From a virus (Duplodnaviria; Caudoviricetes), in IMG/VR virus record IMGVR_UViG_3300025133_000094, positions 1,182 to 65,181 of that record: 64,000 nucleotides of DNA; one strand, written 5' to 3'. The notes under the pieces were generated by a model. That model saw nothing but the letters and a program-made list of their open reading frames with translations. It was not told where the DNA came from and ran no database searches. Positions 1 to 9,757 of the stretch are shown one piece after another. The translations under genes and the position numbers were made by a program. Position 1 is the stretch's first letter. The number at the start of each line of letters is the position of its first letter.

Positions 1-280
1 CTACCAATGGGAGGCTCTCCGCGACAATCTAATGTTACCTTTCCCTTTAGCCCAAGTCGGTCAGCACTTATCTACAGGATTCCAGGTGTAGAGCCTATTG
101 CAAATGTAGATATTTATCTTAACGGGGTTCTGTACTGGTTAACTTCGACACTGTGAATCGACCGCAATCGAAGAGGTAACAATAATATAAGTAGGGGTGG
201 GCAGCTGGAGTGCACAGTTAAATATAGAGAAGCAGCTAACCCACCCCGAAATATATTTATAGAAAATGGGAAGTTTTTAC

Positions 281-308
281 TTGACAAATCAAAAAAGTAT
301 GGTATAAT
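281..308 (+). promoter_or_regulatory. Host sigma70-type promoter upstream of the RNAP operon
   Basis: Perfect TTGACA (281-286), 16-nt spacer ending in TGn, perfect TATAAT (303-308); AT-rich upstream tract. Confidence 0.85.
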
Positions 309-407
309 ATACCTATGACTGATCCTGAACATGATCGAATGCCTTTAAGAATATGGCTAGTGATTATAATTTTAATTTTAATGTACATAAAAACCTGTGG
401 AGATGTA

Positions 408-713
408 ATGGGACTAGACTATAGAGAAGATGGTAGATTTATTAAAGAAGATGGCGAAGCCCGTAAGCCAAAGAACGATCCGCATAATCCTAAGAATCTA
501 ATGAGGAGACAAAGAGACAAGGAGGGGGATGGCTATAATCAAGCCAAAGAAGGGTGGAGTCCAACAGCGTGGAATGATAGCGGTGCTGGTAAGGGAGACG
601 CACCTAGACCACATGGTTGTTCGACAGAAGAGTGGGGATTGAAATATGATTTAGCTACCGGAAGAATAACTAAAGAAGAATTCGATAAAGGTATGGAGGA
701 ACTCAACTCTTGA
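408..713 (+). CDS. Hypothetical phage protein (an ATG at 315 would give a leaderless alternative start)
   Basis: ORF 315-713; GGAG precedes ATG 408; stop overlaps the RNAP start. Confidence 0.6.
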   Translation: MGLDYREDGRFIKEDGEARKPKNDPHNPKNLMRRQRDKEGDGYNQAKEGWSPTAWNDSGAGKGDAPRPHGCSTEEWGLKYDLATGRITKEEFDKGMEELNS

Positions 714-3151
714 AGTGGGCTAATGAAACAGATGTAACTAAGAGTAAAAGGCGGGGTGCTCAAGTAAAGTATGAAGAACAAGTACTTATGTATAGTCGTT
801 CTAAATATTGGGATGAATATAATAGAGCACCTGATGAGGGTGTTCCAGAACAAGAGCTTCTTGATTCTTCTGTTAAAGAATTAAGAGATACTTATCAAGA
901 GTGGATAGATAATGCCGTGTCTTCAACTAAGACACCGTCTTGGGTAAGACCTCTACTAGAATTGGGTGCATCTAAGATGGCCGATATAACTATACGAGCT
1001 GTCATGAGATGTTGGTTCTCTTCTAATTTCTGGGGACATACACTAGAAGATGATACTCATAACGCACCACTAGCTCAGACAGTTGCTAATTTAATAGCAC
1101 AAGATAGTTCAGATATAATATCTTATCAGAATGCTAAGAGTAATAACAAAAGCGATTGGATGAGTCAATCCAAGTTCATTAAAAACTGGACAGAGAAAAG
1201 ATGTAAAGCTTTTTCTAAAAAGATGGGCGAACATATTAAACTTGGTATAAAAGAGAAGCATAACTTTGGGCATAACATGTTACGTATAGCTGCGACTAGT
1301 AATATAATAAACATGGAGGTTCGCTCTGTTAGACGGGGTAGGTTATATAAGAAGTATAGCTTTGTAGAGTTTCATTCTTCTATACTATCTAAACTACACA
1401 ACAAACATGCGTTACTACAGACTAGTACTCTAGTCTATAGGCCTATGCTTACGCCTCCTGAATTACATACCGAAGCGTCTAGTGGTGGGTATATACACAG
1501 AGATATGCGTAAGCCTGTAGTACAGAGATATAAATCTAACTACTGGGGTGATGATATTAAGGATCAGAAGTTTTCTGTTCCATCTAGCTTAGTATTAGAT
1601 GGACTCAATGGTTTAATGTTAACTGAATGGGCTGTTAATGAGGATGTATTAGAAGTTATGACAAGCATGTTTGAAAATAATATGTGTGTTGCTAATCTTC
1701 CTGCCTATAATTTTGAAGAGTTTATGTATAATGTGGAGTATCCCTCTGATGGTACTAAAGTAGATAAAGCTATATGGTGTCAGCGTAGACAGGAAGCGTG
1801 GTCGGACTGGTATAGACAAGAACAATCTCGTGGACGTATGTTAATTAGATTACAATTAGCTAATGACCTTAAGAAGTGGGGGTATTTTTATCAAGTATAT
1901 ACTCTAGATTTTAGGGGACGGGCTTATACTATATGTGAACTGCTTAGTTGTCAGTCTTCTGACTTTGATAAAGGCTTAGTTAAGTTTGCTAATCCTGTAA
2001 AGCTTACAGCTAGAGGTCTTTGGTGGTTAAAGGTTAGCTTAGCTGGGCTCTTTGACCAAGACAAGGGCACACTCGAGTCTCGTGTTAAATGGGTTGATGA
2101 TAATTGGGATATGATAAAACGTATTAACGATAATCCTTATGAGAACTATGAGTGGATAGATCAACGAAAGAAAAAGAATAAATCTTTTCAAAGGTTAGCT
2201 GCTATAAAGAATATATGTAGAGAGGATGGCATGTCTTATTTACCAGTACAGTTAGATGGTAGGTGTAATGGTTCTCAGCATTGGTCTGCTATTATGGGAG
2301 ATCCTTTAATAGCTGAGAAAACTTGTGTCATTCCTTCAAAGAAACCTCAGGATTTATATCAGTTTGTTGCTGACTCAGTAACAGACTATTGTTTACTACA
2401 TAAAACCGAAAAAAAATGGTGCAAAATTTTTCTGGAACATTGGAATGGCTCTATAGATAGGGCTGTTGCTAAACGTCCTACTATGTGTGACCCATATGGT
2501 TTAACATTTTATGGAATACAAAAGTATTTAAAAGTAGAAGGTCACCTTGACTGGGTATCTAAAGATAAACAAGGGGGAGCTATAGTTGAATTAGCTAGAG
2601 CTATAAAGGCAAGCATGGATAAATGTTTAGCCGAACCTAACAGGGGTAAAGAATATTTAAAAGAGGTCGTTGGTATAGCCAATGATTTAAATAAACATAT
2701 AGAATATACTACCCCTTCTGGATTTAAGGTTGTTCATTATTACAACCAAGTTAATTCAAGAAGATCGGTAGCTAAGTTGTTTGGGAATAAGGAACTCTCT
2801 TTCTTTATACCAACTACAGACGTGAACAAACGGTCGGCACTACAAGCAATAGCGCCGAATTTTATTCACAGTTTGGATGCTGCTCACATGTTCCTAACAT
2901 TAGTTAGGTTGTTACATATGAGTGTGTTCAGTCTAAGTTTCATCCACGATTCTTATGGCTGTCATGCTAATTTTGTAGATGACATGAGAGATATACTCAG
3001 AGAGGAGTTCTTGAAAATTCATAATGATAATCCATTAGAAAATTTCAAGAAGGATGTACAGAATCAACTAGGTGTTATGCTACCTGAAGTACCCAAGCGT
3101 GGTGCTTTGATTATAGCTGACGTTTTAGATTCTGAATACTTCTTTGCATAA
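710..3151 (+). CDS. T7-like single-subunit DNA-dependent RNA polymerase (gp1-like)
   Basis: 813 aa; DFRGRAY, motif A QLDGRCNGSQH, motif B RAVAKRPTMCDPYG, APNFIHSLDAAH, motif C FIHDSYG; TTG start after GGAGGA. Confidence 0.98.
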   Translation: MKWANETDVTKSKRRGAQVKYEEQVLMYSRSKYWDEYNRAPDEGVPEQELLDSSVKELRDTYQEWIDNAVSSTKTPSWVRPLLELGASKMADITIRAVMRCWFSSNFWGHTLEDDTHNAPLAQTVANLIAQDSSDIISYQNAKSNNKSDWMSQSKFIKNWTEKRCKAFSKKMGEHIKLGIKEKHNFGHNMLRIAATSNIINMEVRSVRRGRLYKKYSFVEFHSSILSKLHNKHALLQTSTLVYRPMLTPPELHTEASSGGYIHRDMRKPVVQRYKSNYWGDDIKDQKFSVPSSLVLDGLNGLMLTEWAVNEDVLEVMTSMFENNMCVANLPAYNFEEFMYNVEYPSDGTKVDKAIWCQRRQEAWSDWYRQEQSRGRMLIRLQLANDLKKWGYFYQVYTLDFRGRAYTICELLSCQSSDFDKGLVKFANPVKLTARGLWWLKVSLAGLFDQDKGTLESRVKWVDDNWDMIKRINDNPYENYEWIDQRKKKNKSFQRLAAIKNICREDGMSYLPVQLDGRCNGSQHWSAIMGDPLIAEKTCVIPSKKPQDLYQFVADSVTDYCLLHKTEKKWCKIFLEHWNGSIDRAVAKRPTMCDPYGLTFYGIQKYLKVEGHLDWVSKDKQGGAIVELARAIKASMDKCLAEPNRGKEYLKEVVGIANDLNKHIEYTTPSGFKVVHYYNQVNSRRSVAKLFGNKELSFFIPTTDVNKRSALQAIAPNFIHSLDAAHMFLTLVRLLHMSVFSLSFIHDSYGCHANFVDDMRDILREEFLKIHNDNPLENFKKDVQNQLGVMLPEVPKRGALIIADVLDSEYFFA

Positions 3152-3162
3152 GGAGAAGCAAG

Positions 3163-3396
3163 ATGCATATCTTTATTGAGAGCGAAGGAGACATACAACT
3201 AGGTGTTAAACACTGTAGTGAATTAGCTAAGATGCGAGGCAAGAAGTTTATTACTCTTGTCTTTCCTTCAGAGTTATTATACAAAGTGTTTATGAATGAT
3301 TTAGTTTTAGAGTTTGAGCAAGATAATAATCTTCCCGGTAACGTGGATATCGAAGCAAATATTATCCTGCCTTTTGAGGAGGGTAACAATGGCTAA
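3163..3396 (+). CDS. Hypothetical protein
   Basis: AGGAG RBS, 77 aa, tight operon packing. Confidence 0.75.
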   Translation: MHIFIESEGDIQLGVKHCSELAKMRGKKFITLVFPSELLYKVFMNDLVLEFEQDNNLPGNVDIEANIILPFEEGNNG

Positions 3397-4051
3397 TGTT
3401 TTAGTTATAGGTGATTTACACCTACCTGCCGAACGATCGGACTATTTAAAGTTTTGTCGATCGATGAAAAGAAAGTATAAGACAACTACGGTTGTGTTTA
3501 TAGGTGATATATTAGATCATCATGCTATATCTTATCATCAAAAGAATCCTGATAGCGATGGTGCTGTTGAGGAATACACAAAAGCCATGAAGTCCTTACG
3601 ACAATGGTACAAAGCATTTCCCGATGCTTATGTATGTATAGGTAATCATGACGAACGGGTGCATAGACTTGCTGCTAGTAGCGGCATACCTGCTATGTAT
3701 CTAAGAGACTATCCCGATGTATATGATACACCTGGATGGGACTGGGATTATGAACATCACATTGATGATGTTTATTACTATCACGGAACTGGTGCAAGCA
3801 GTGGCTTGTGTCCTGCATTCAATACAGCTAAGGCTAGGATGCAGAGTGCAGTAGCTGGTCATGTACATTCAACAGCTGGTATACTTTATACCGCTGGTCC
3901 TACCGGAGAGAAATTATTCGGAATGAATGTACCTGGGGGGGTTGACAAAGATCACCCTTTGATGTATTATAGTAGAAACTTTCTACGCAAGCCCGTTAAT
4001 GGCGTAGGTATTGTTAAGAATGGTAAACCTTATTTGGAGGTAATGGATTAA
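3389..4051 (+). CDS. Calcineurin-like metallophosphoesterase
   Basis: GDLH, GDILD, GNHD, HG and GHVH motifs; start moved to ATG 3389 after GAGGAGG. Confidence 0.93.
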   Translation: MANVLVIGDLHLPAERSDYLKFCRSMKRKYKTTTVVFIGDILDHHAISYHQKNPDSDGAVEEYTKAMKSLRQWYKAFPDAYVCIGNHDERVHRLAASSGIPAMYLRDYPDVYDTPGWDWDYEHHIDDVYYYHGTGASSGLCPAFNTAKARMQSAVAGHVHSTAGILYTAGPTGEKLFGMNVPGGVDKDHPLMYYSRNFLRKPVNGVGIVKNGKPYLEVMD

Positions 4052-4305
4052 TGAGTGATGCAATTAATGTTGATCAAGAATGGAAAGAAGAAGCTAAAAA
4101 ATCTAAAGAGAAGCTAGCTTCTGAAGAAAACCAGGGACAATCTTATGTCTCGTGTGCTGAGGTTGCTTTGTATTTAACAGAGTTAACTAAAGTATTAGAA
4201 CAAATTACTAGCGGCATTCGTAGCTCGTTAGAAGAAATGCTTAAGCGAGCTGCTGATAGCAAAGAAAAATCTGATTCAAAAGGAGAAGATAATGATGGCG
4301 AATAA
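4051..4305 (+). CDS. Hypothetical helical protein
   Basis: TAATG stop/start overlap, 84 aa. Confidence 0.7.
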   Translation: MSDAINVDQEWKEEAKKSKEKLASEENQGQSYVSCAEVALYLTELTKVLEQITSGIRSSLEEMLKRAADSKEKSDSKGEDNDGE

Positions 4306-4828
4306 AGTACGTCCGTTTACAACGGAAACACTTGATGTAAGGTGGTCACACCTACATGCACATGATGTAAAATTCGGAGAGGACTCAGCTAACCATAACA
4401 TAACTGTTGTTGTTGATGATACTCTTCAGAAACAACTTGACAAAGCTATGGCAGAAGCTGGAGCTACTAAGATTAACGGTCTTCGCACTGATGATGAAGG
4501 CGTTACCTTGCTTAAAGCTAAGTCTAAGAACTTTGTTAAGAAGGATATTAAAGTATTCCCTTGCCGAGACGCAAGTGCTGAAGCTACTGAGGCTACTCCA
4601 TATGGTGGAGATAAGGTTCGACTACGGTTGGCTCCTATCACACTGACAAGAGATAACTCAATGAGTTTCTTTCTTAATGGTTGTCAAATAATTGAGAAGA
4701 ATGAAATGGGTGGTGAGGGTGGAGGCTTCGAAGCTACTGATGGTTTCGACGGCTCTACTTACAAGGCTACTACAACTGTAACTACTGCCGATGATGGCAC
4801 AGATGCAACTGACGACATCCCATTCTAA
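4292..4828 (+). CDS. Single-stranded DNA-binding protein (T7 gp2.5-like)
   Basis: GGDKVRL and FFLNGCQIIE resemble gp2.5; acidic tail ending DDIPF; position before resolvase and primase. Confidence 0.85.
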   Translation: MMANKVRPFTTETLDVRWSHLHAHDVKFGEDSANHNITVVVDDTLQKQLDKAMAEAGATKINGLRTDDEGVTLLKAKSKNFVKKDIKVFPCRDASAEATEATPYGGDKVRLRLAPITLTRDNSMSFFLNGCQIIEKNEMGGEGGGFEATDGFDGSTYKATTTVTTADDGTDATDDIPF

Positions 4829-5202
4829 TGGAATGGTCGTTCCCTATTAGCCCTGTGGCTGCAAGTAGACCCCGTGTTTCACGACATGGGGCCTACTTCA
4901 CCGGGCCTTATAAAAAGTTTCGTACTGCTATGATAGACATAGTGCCCGATGTATTAGGGGATGGATTCATTCCTTTCGAATCATCATTAGCAGTGGATGT
5001 AGAAATTTATGTTAAACGACCTAAGAAGACTAAGTTGGCGGCACCTAGGGCTGACATAGATAATTACCTTAAGGCAATTTTTGATGTACTTAACGGTAAA
5101 TTATGGGATGATGATAAGCAGATACTTAAAGTATATGCTGTCAAACAATGGGCTGCAGTGGATTCTAATGGTTACTTTACTATAGGAGTTAGCAAGTTAT
5201 GA
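4828..5202 (+). CDS. rusA: RusA-family Holliday junction resolvase
   Basis: PVAASRPRV, ADIDNYLKAIFDVLNG, WDDDKQI are RusA catalytic motifs. Confidence 0.92.
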   Translation: MEWSFPISPVAASRPRVSRHGAYFTGPYKKFRTAMIDIVPDVLGDGFIPFESSLAVDVEIYVKRPKKTKLAAPRADIDNYLKAIFDVLNGKLWDDDKQILKVYAVKQWAAVDSNGYFTIGVSKL

Positions 5203-5276
5203 CTGAAGGAACAAAAATAATTATTCTTGATGATGAGGGTGGACAAACAATTATAGATGACGGGGATGGTGAATGA
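5199..5276 (+). CDS. Possible 25-aa acidic peptide (MTEGTKIIILDDEGGQTIIDDGDGE)
   Basis: ATGA overlap with the rusA stop, GGAG upstream; below the ORF-track cutoff. Confidence 0.35.
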   Translation: MTEGTKIIILDDEGGQTIIDDGDGE

Positions 5277-5308
5277 GGATAGTTAGAAAAGAAAGTAAGG
5301 AGAGAACA

Positions 5309-5707
5309 ATGATAAAAAATTTAAGTCTGTTGATTACTGCAGTACTTTGTAGTGGGTGTGCCTCGTGGTTTCCTACCAATACACCGAGCAGTCCAATGGA
5401 TCAAGCAACAGTTGCTTTATCAACGACGGCTGTGGCTGGATGTAGTCCTATGTTAAGCTGGTTGGGTGGGATTTGTGCTTTAAGCGGCATGGCTCTACTC
5501 GTTTTGACTGGCGGTCGTTTAGGATGGCGCCCAATCATAGGCGGTGTTCTTTTTATAGTATTAAATTATGCCCTAGCCCTGTATGCTAGTTGGTTCTTTC
5601 TGCCTGTAGTGATAGCCACGGGTGCTGTATCATTAGCATGGGCAGGTAAAATCGTGTATCGTATAATTAATGACGATGAAATTAAAGTTAAGGAGATATT
5701 AAAATGA
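5309..5707 (+). CDS. Membrane protein with possible lipoprotein signal
   Basis: AAGGAG then ATG 5309; MIKNLSLLITAVLCSG-C lipobox-like; about 3 further hydrophobic helices. Confidence 0.75.
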   Translation: MIKNLSLLITAVLCSGCASWFPTNTPSSPMDQATVALSTTAVAGCSPMLSWLGGICALSGMALLVLTGGRLGWRPIIGGVLFIVLNYALALYASWFFLPVVIATGAVSLAWAGKIVYRIINDDEIKVKEILK

Positions 5708-5814
5708 ATGAATTATTGGGAACAGTATTTTATACCATAGTAGTATTTGCAGCAGGCGCTCTTATCGGCGGTCCATTATTTGGATGGCTTAAGAATAAGA
5801 TGCCTTGGGGGTAA
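5704..5814 (+). CDS. Small single-TM membrane protein (36 aa)
   Basis: AAGGAG RBS, ATGA overlap; MNELLGTVFYTIVVFAAGALIGGPLFGWLKNKMPWG. Confidence 0.65.
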   Translation: MNELLGTVFYTIVVFAAGALIGGPLFGWLKNKMPWG

Positions 5815-5817
5815 GTA

Positions 5818-7527
5818 ATGTCTACGGTAATAAACAAAGAACAATGTCCTGCCTGCGCTAGTCGTGGGCAGGACAACTCTTGTGATAACCTAGCAGTATA
5901 TGACGATGGTCATAAGTACTGCTTTGCTTGTAAGTACTACGAGCATGGTAACACACAGGATGAAAACAAGGAGTGTCATATGACAACAAAGAATTTAACC
6001 TTCTTGAGTGGCGAAGTCAAGCCGTTGATCAATAGAAAGATTAACGAAAAGACAGCTAGACTATATAATTATTATACTCAAATCAAAGACGGTAAACGTT
6101 TAGAGATTAGTAATTACTACCGAGATGGTAAGGTCGTCGCACAAAAGTTACGAGGAGCTAACAAAGCTTTTCAGTGGAGAGGTGACTCACACAAGCCTAC
6201 TATGTTTGGTCAACATCTATGGAAAGATAGAGGTGGCAAGCGTATAGTTATAACAGAAGGAGAGTATGACTGCATGACAGTTAGTCAACTTTTGGATAAC
6301 AAGTGGCCTGTTGTTAGCCTACCAAATGGTGCGGCTGGTGCAGCTAAATCAGTAAGAGATAACTTAGAATTCCTTAACGGATATGAAGAAGTTATTCTTA
6401 TGTTTGATATGGATGAACCAGGACGAGAGGCTTCTCAACAGGTGGCTGAAGTATTAGCGCCCGGTAAATGTAAGATAGCTATACTACCTTACAAGGATGC
6501 TAACGAATGTTCTCTGAACGGTGCTAGTAAACAGATTGTACAAGCTATGTGGGAAGCCCAAAGATATAGCCCAGATGAAATACTACATGTATCTTCAGTA
6601 GTAACTAATAGTACTAATGATATAAATGTATTTCCATTCCCCTTTGAATCACTTAATACATTCTTATTAGGTCAAAGAGGTGGAGAGATTACACTATGGA
6701 CTTCAGGTACTGGCTCAGGTAAATCAACCATACTAAGAGAGATAATTATTCATCACTTAGAGGAAGGAAGATCTGTTGGTGCTATAATGCTAGAGGAATC
6801 TCCACAAGAAACTGTTGATGATATGATATCATTACTTATAAATAAACCAGTCCGTGCTATTCGTGCTACTAAAATTATGAATGAGCTTCGATTAAAGATG
6901 GGTAAAGAACCTATTGAAATTGATACTATTAATGATTTATGTGATGAAGAGTATGCTGAAGCTAAGAAAGAGTTAGGTAATACTGAGTTATATATCTATG
7001 ATCACTTAGGAAACAATGGACTACAGAACCTATGTGCTCGTATTGAATACATGGCTGTATCTTTGGGTGTAGATGTGATTGTATTAGATCATATTACTGC
7101 CGCAGCTACTGGTCTAATGAATGATAAGAGTGACTTTGATGGTGGTTCTTCTGAACGATTGCTAATAGATAACATTATGAAACAACTGCGTGGATTAGTT
7201 TCTCGTACTGGTATTAGAATTGATGTGGTTTCTCAGCTAAAGAAAACCCAGAAAGCTTATGAAGAAGGTGATCGTATCACACTACAGGATCTTAGAGGTT
7301 CTGGTTCATTAAGCAGTGTACCTAATACAGTCATAGCTCTTGAAAGAGATAGACAGAATCCTGATCCTGTCTTATCTAACACTACTACTATTAGAGTACT
7401 TAAGAATAGACTGACTGGTAGGGCTGGTATAGCTACATGTTTATACTACGATAGAGTTAGCGGAAGAATGGAAGAAATAGATTGGGCTCTCAATGATGAT
7501 GGTCATGTCTTAATTCCCCCGCAATAA
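5818..7527 (+). CDS. DNA primase-helicase (T7 gp4-like)
   Basis: Zn finger CPAC..CFAC, TOPRIM ITEGEYD and FDMDEPG, Walker A SGTGSGKS, LDHI, DLRGSGS, LKNR. Confidence 0.98.
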   Translation: MSTVINKEQCPACASRGQDNSCDNLAVYDDGHKYCFACKYYEHGNTQDENKECHMTTKNLTFLSGEVKPLINRKINEKTARLYNYYTQIKDGKRLEISNYYRDGKVVAQKLRGANKAFQWRGDSHKPTMFGQHLWKDRGGKRIVITEGEYDCMTVSQLLDNKWPVVSLPNGAAGAAKSVRDNLEFLNGYEEVILMFDMDEPGREASQQVAEVLAPGKCKIAILPYKDANECSLNGASKQIVQAMWEAQRYSPDEILHVSSVVTNSTNDINVFPFPFESLNTFLLGQRGGEITLWTSGTGSGKSTILREIIIHHLEEGRSVGAIMLEESPQETVDDMISLLINKPVRAIRATKIMNELRLKMGKEPIEIDTINDLCDEEYAEAKKELGNTELYIYDHLGNNGLQNLCARIEYMAVSLGVDVIVLDHITAAATGLMNDKSDFDGGSSERLLIDNIMKQLRGLVSRTGIRIDVVSQLKKTQKAYEEGDRITLQDLRGSGSLSSVPNTVIALERDRQNPDPVLSNTTTIRVLKNRLTGRAGIATCLYYDRVSGRMEEIDWALNDDGHVLIPPQ

Positions 7528-7545
7528 TATATAAAGGAGAATACA

Positions 7546-9246
7546 ATGATGGAACTTGTATTTGATATAGAAGCCAATGGCCTCGGAGAGGTTGTGGTGG
7601 ACAAGGGACCCAGACCCGAAGTTACAAGGGTGTGGTGTCTGGTTATTAAGGACATACACACAGGTAAGGTTCAAAGGTTTAGAGAACAGGACATACACAA
7701 AGGTGTAGAGTTATTAAGACAAGCTGATACTTTAATAGGTCATAACATATTGATGTATGACTTGCCTGTACTTGAGAGATTCTATGGACCTATAGATGTT
7801 TCTTTAATCATGGATACACTAGTTATATCTAGGCTTATGTATCCTGATCTAAGGAATCATCCCTTAAAGGGAAACGGTCTAAAGAATTGGGGTATTCATT
7901 TAGGCTGCGATAAATCCGAATACACCCTAGGCTTTGATGAGTACTGTGAAGAGATGCTAGAGTATTGCGAGCAGGATGTCGAGGTTAATCATAGGGTATG
8001 GAAAGCTCAGTCTGCTTTTGCTCAAAGAAACTGCACAATGATAGGTCTTGAGCATAGAGTTACTGCTATACTATCTAAACAGGTAGAGAATGGAATGGGC
8101 TTTGATCTTAAGGCTGCTGAGGTATTAGAACAAGAGCTTTTAATGGAGAAAGCTGAGATAGGTGATACCCTTAGCCAGATCTTTCTTCCCTTAGTTACCG
8201 AAAGGTGGTCTAATAAGACGGGAAAGAAATTAAAGGATTCGGTAGAGCATTTTAATCCCACATCAAGGCAACAAATAGCTCGGAGACTTAAGACTAAGTA
8301 CGGCTGGGATGCCCCCTTAACGGATAAAGGTAACCCTAAAGTAGACGAGGCTGTATTAAAGAAGCTCTCATATCCAGAAGCTTCCTTGCTTTGTAGAAGT
8401 TTTGATATAACTAAACTTAATAGTATGGTATCCGATTGGATATCTCGTGCTTCAATCTCTCGTGATGGTAATATACACGGTGGTATTAATCCACAAGGTG
8501 CTGTTACAGGCAGGATGACAGCTAGTCAGCCTAACTTACAGCAGGTATCTGGTGACTCCAGTGCTCGTGCTTTATTCGGTCCTACTAAGGACGGATGGGT
8601 TCAAGTGGGCATCGATGCTAGCGGATTAGAAGCTAGGCTGCTCGCTAATAGAATGGCTGTTTGGGATGACGGTGAGTATGGAGATCTAGTTATTAACGGT
8701 GATATCCATACACACAATCAGACACAAGCTGGCTTAAGCAGCAGAGACGATGCTAAGACATTCTTCTATGCTCTGATATACGGAGCTGGAAATGTTAAGA
8801 TAGGTAACATCATAGGCAAGGGAGTAGCCGCTGGTTCTTCCCTAAAGAAAAGGTTCCTTGATAACATGCCAGCATTAAAGAAACTTATAGAAAGCTGTGA
8901 GTATCAGGTGGCAAAGAAGGATTCTATTACTCTACTAGATAACCGTGAGGTTCCTTGTAGGTCTAAGCATTCATCTCTTAACGTTCAGATACAGGGAGAC
9001 GGTGCTGTTATTATGAAGTATGCTTTGTGTTATTTACACAGAGATTTAGAAAATAAATATAAAGGGAGGTATGCTCTCATGGCTACTGTTCACGATGAAT
9101 GGCAAATAGAATGTGAACCGTCTATAGCTGATGACATAGGAAAGCTGGGTATTGCTGCTATAGTTAGGGCTGGTAAACATCTTGGATGTGTTGTTCCTAT
9201 GGATGGAGCCTATCGAATAGGTAACAACTGGGCGGCATGCCATTAA
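7546..9246 (+). CDS. polA: Family A DNA polymerase (T7 gp5-like)
   Basis: Exo motifs FDIE, GHN..YD, YCEQD; TGR, DASGLEAR, RDDAKTFFYALIYG, VHDE. Confidence 0.98.
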   Translation: MMELVFDIEANGLGEVVVDKGPRPEVTRVWCLVIKDIHTGKVQRFREQDIHKGVELLRQADTLIGHNILMYDLPVLERFYGPIDVSLIMDTLVISRLMYPDLRNHPLKGNGLKNWGIHLGCDKSEYTLGFDEYCEEMLEYCEQDVEVNHRVWKAQSAFAQRNCTMIGLEHRVTAILSKQVENGMGFDLKAAEVLEQELLMEKAEIGDTLSQIFLPLVTERWSNKTGKKLKDSVEHFNPTSRQQIARRLKTKYGWDAPLTDKGNPKVDEAVLKKLSYPEASLLCRSFDITKLNSMVSDWISRASISRDGNIHGGINPQGAVTGRMTASQPNLQQVSGDSSARALFGPTKDGWVQVGIDASGLEARLLANRMAVWDDGEYGDLVINGDIHTHNQTQAGLSSRDDAKTFFYALIYGAGNVKIGNIIGKGVAAGSSLKKRFLDNMPALKKLIESCEYQVAKKDSITLLDNREVPCRSKHSSLNVQIQGDGAVIMKYALCYLHRDLENKYKGRYALMATVHDEWQIECEPSIADDIGKLGIAAIVRAGKHLGCVVPMDGAYRIGNNWAACH

Positions 9247-9331
9247 AGCTACCGCCTATGTAGCATTCTATGAGGGAAGGATTGGTTCTACTTGGTATGA
9301 GAGATTCCTTACTCCTATTATTAAATATATT

Positions 9332-9757
9332 ATGGGTTGTAAAGAATTAGAACATGTTGCCATTGTTATAGAGTACGATAAGAATTGTGCTTTTGTTTAT
9401 CAGGTTAGTAAGATAGGTAAAAGCAAGTGGATTCGTGCTGATGTTCTTCATAAAACATGGCACCCTCGTTATATTATACGGTTGGGTCAGTGTCCTATAG
9501 ATTCTGATGCCCTTAATAGTTTAGAGCCCGTTAAGATGACCCTTATTAGGGTGATATTATACAAAATAATTACCAAGTATTTTTTCTGTAAGATACCTAA
9601 GAATATTTGCACTATTCGTGTGGCAGATATAGCTAAGTTACTTGGTTTTAATATAGGTTACCATGTGTTACCTGATGATTTATACAAGGAGTTAAAAGAA
9701 AATGCAAATGATACTGATTGCTGGAAAGGCGGGAGCTGGGAAAACAACGCTAGCTAA
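9332..9757 (+). CDS. Putative permuted papain-like (NlpC/P60 superfamily) protein; true start may lie upstream
   Basis: His before Cys: EHVAIV...ICTIRVA...LG...LPDDLY; frame is open from 9221. Confidence 0.55.
   Translation: MGCKELEHVAIVIEYDKNCAFVYQVSKIGKSKWIRADVLHKTWHPRYIIRLGQCPIDSDALNSLEPVKMTLIRVILYKIITKYFFCKIPKNICTIRVADIAKLLGFNIGYHVLPDDLYKELKENANDTDCWKGGSWENNAS

Noticed and set aside
1-156. Open frame 1 (51 codons) as a gene tail
   Set aside because: Too short and featureless to support without upstream sequence
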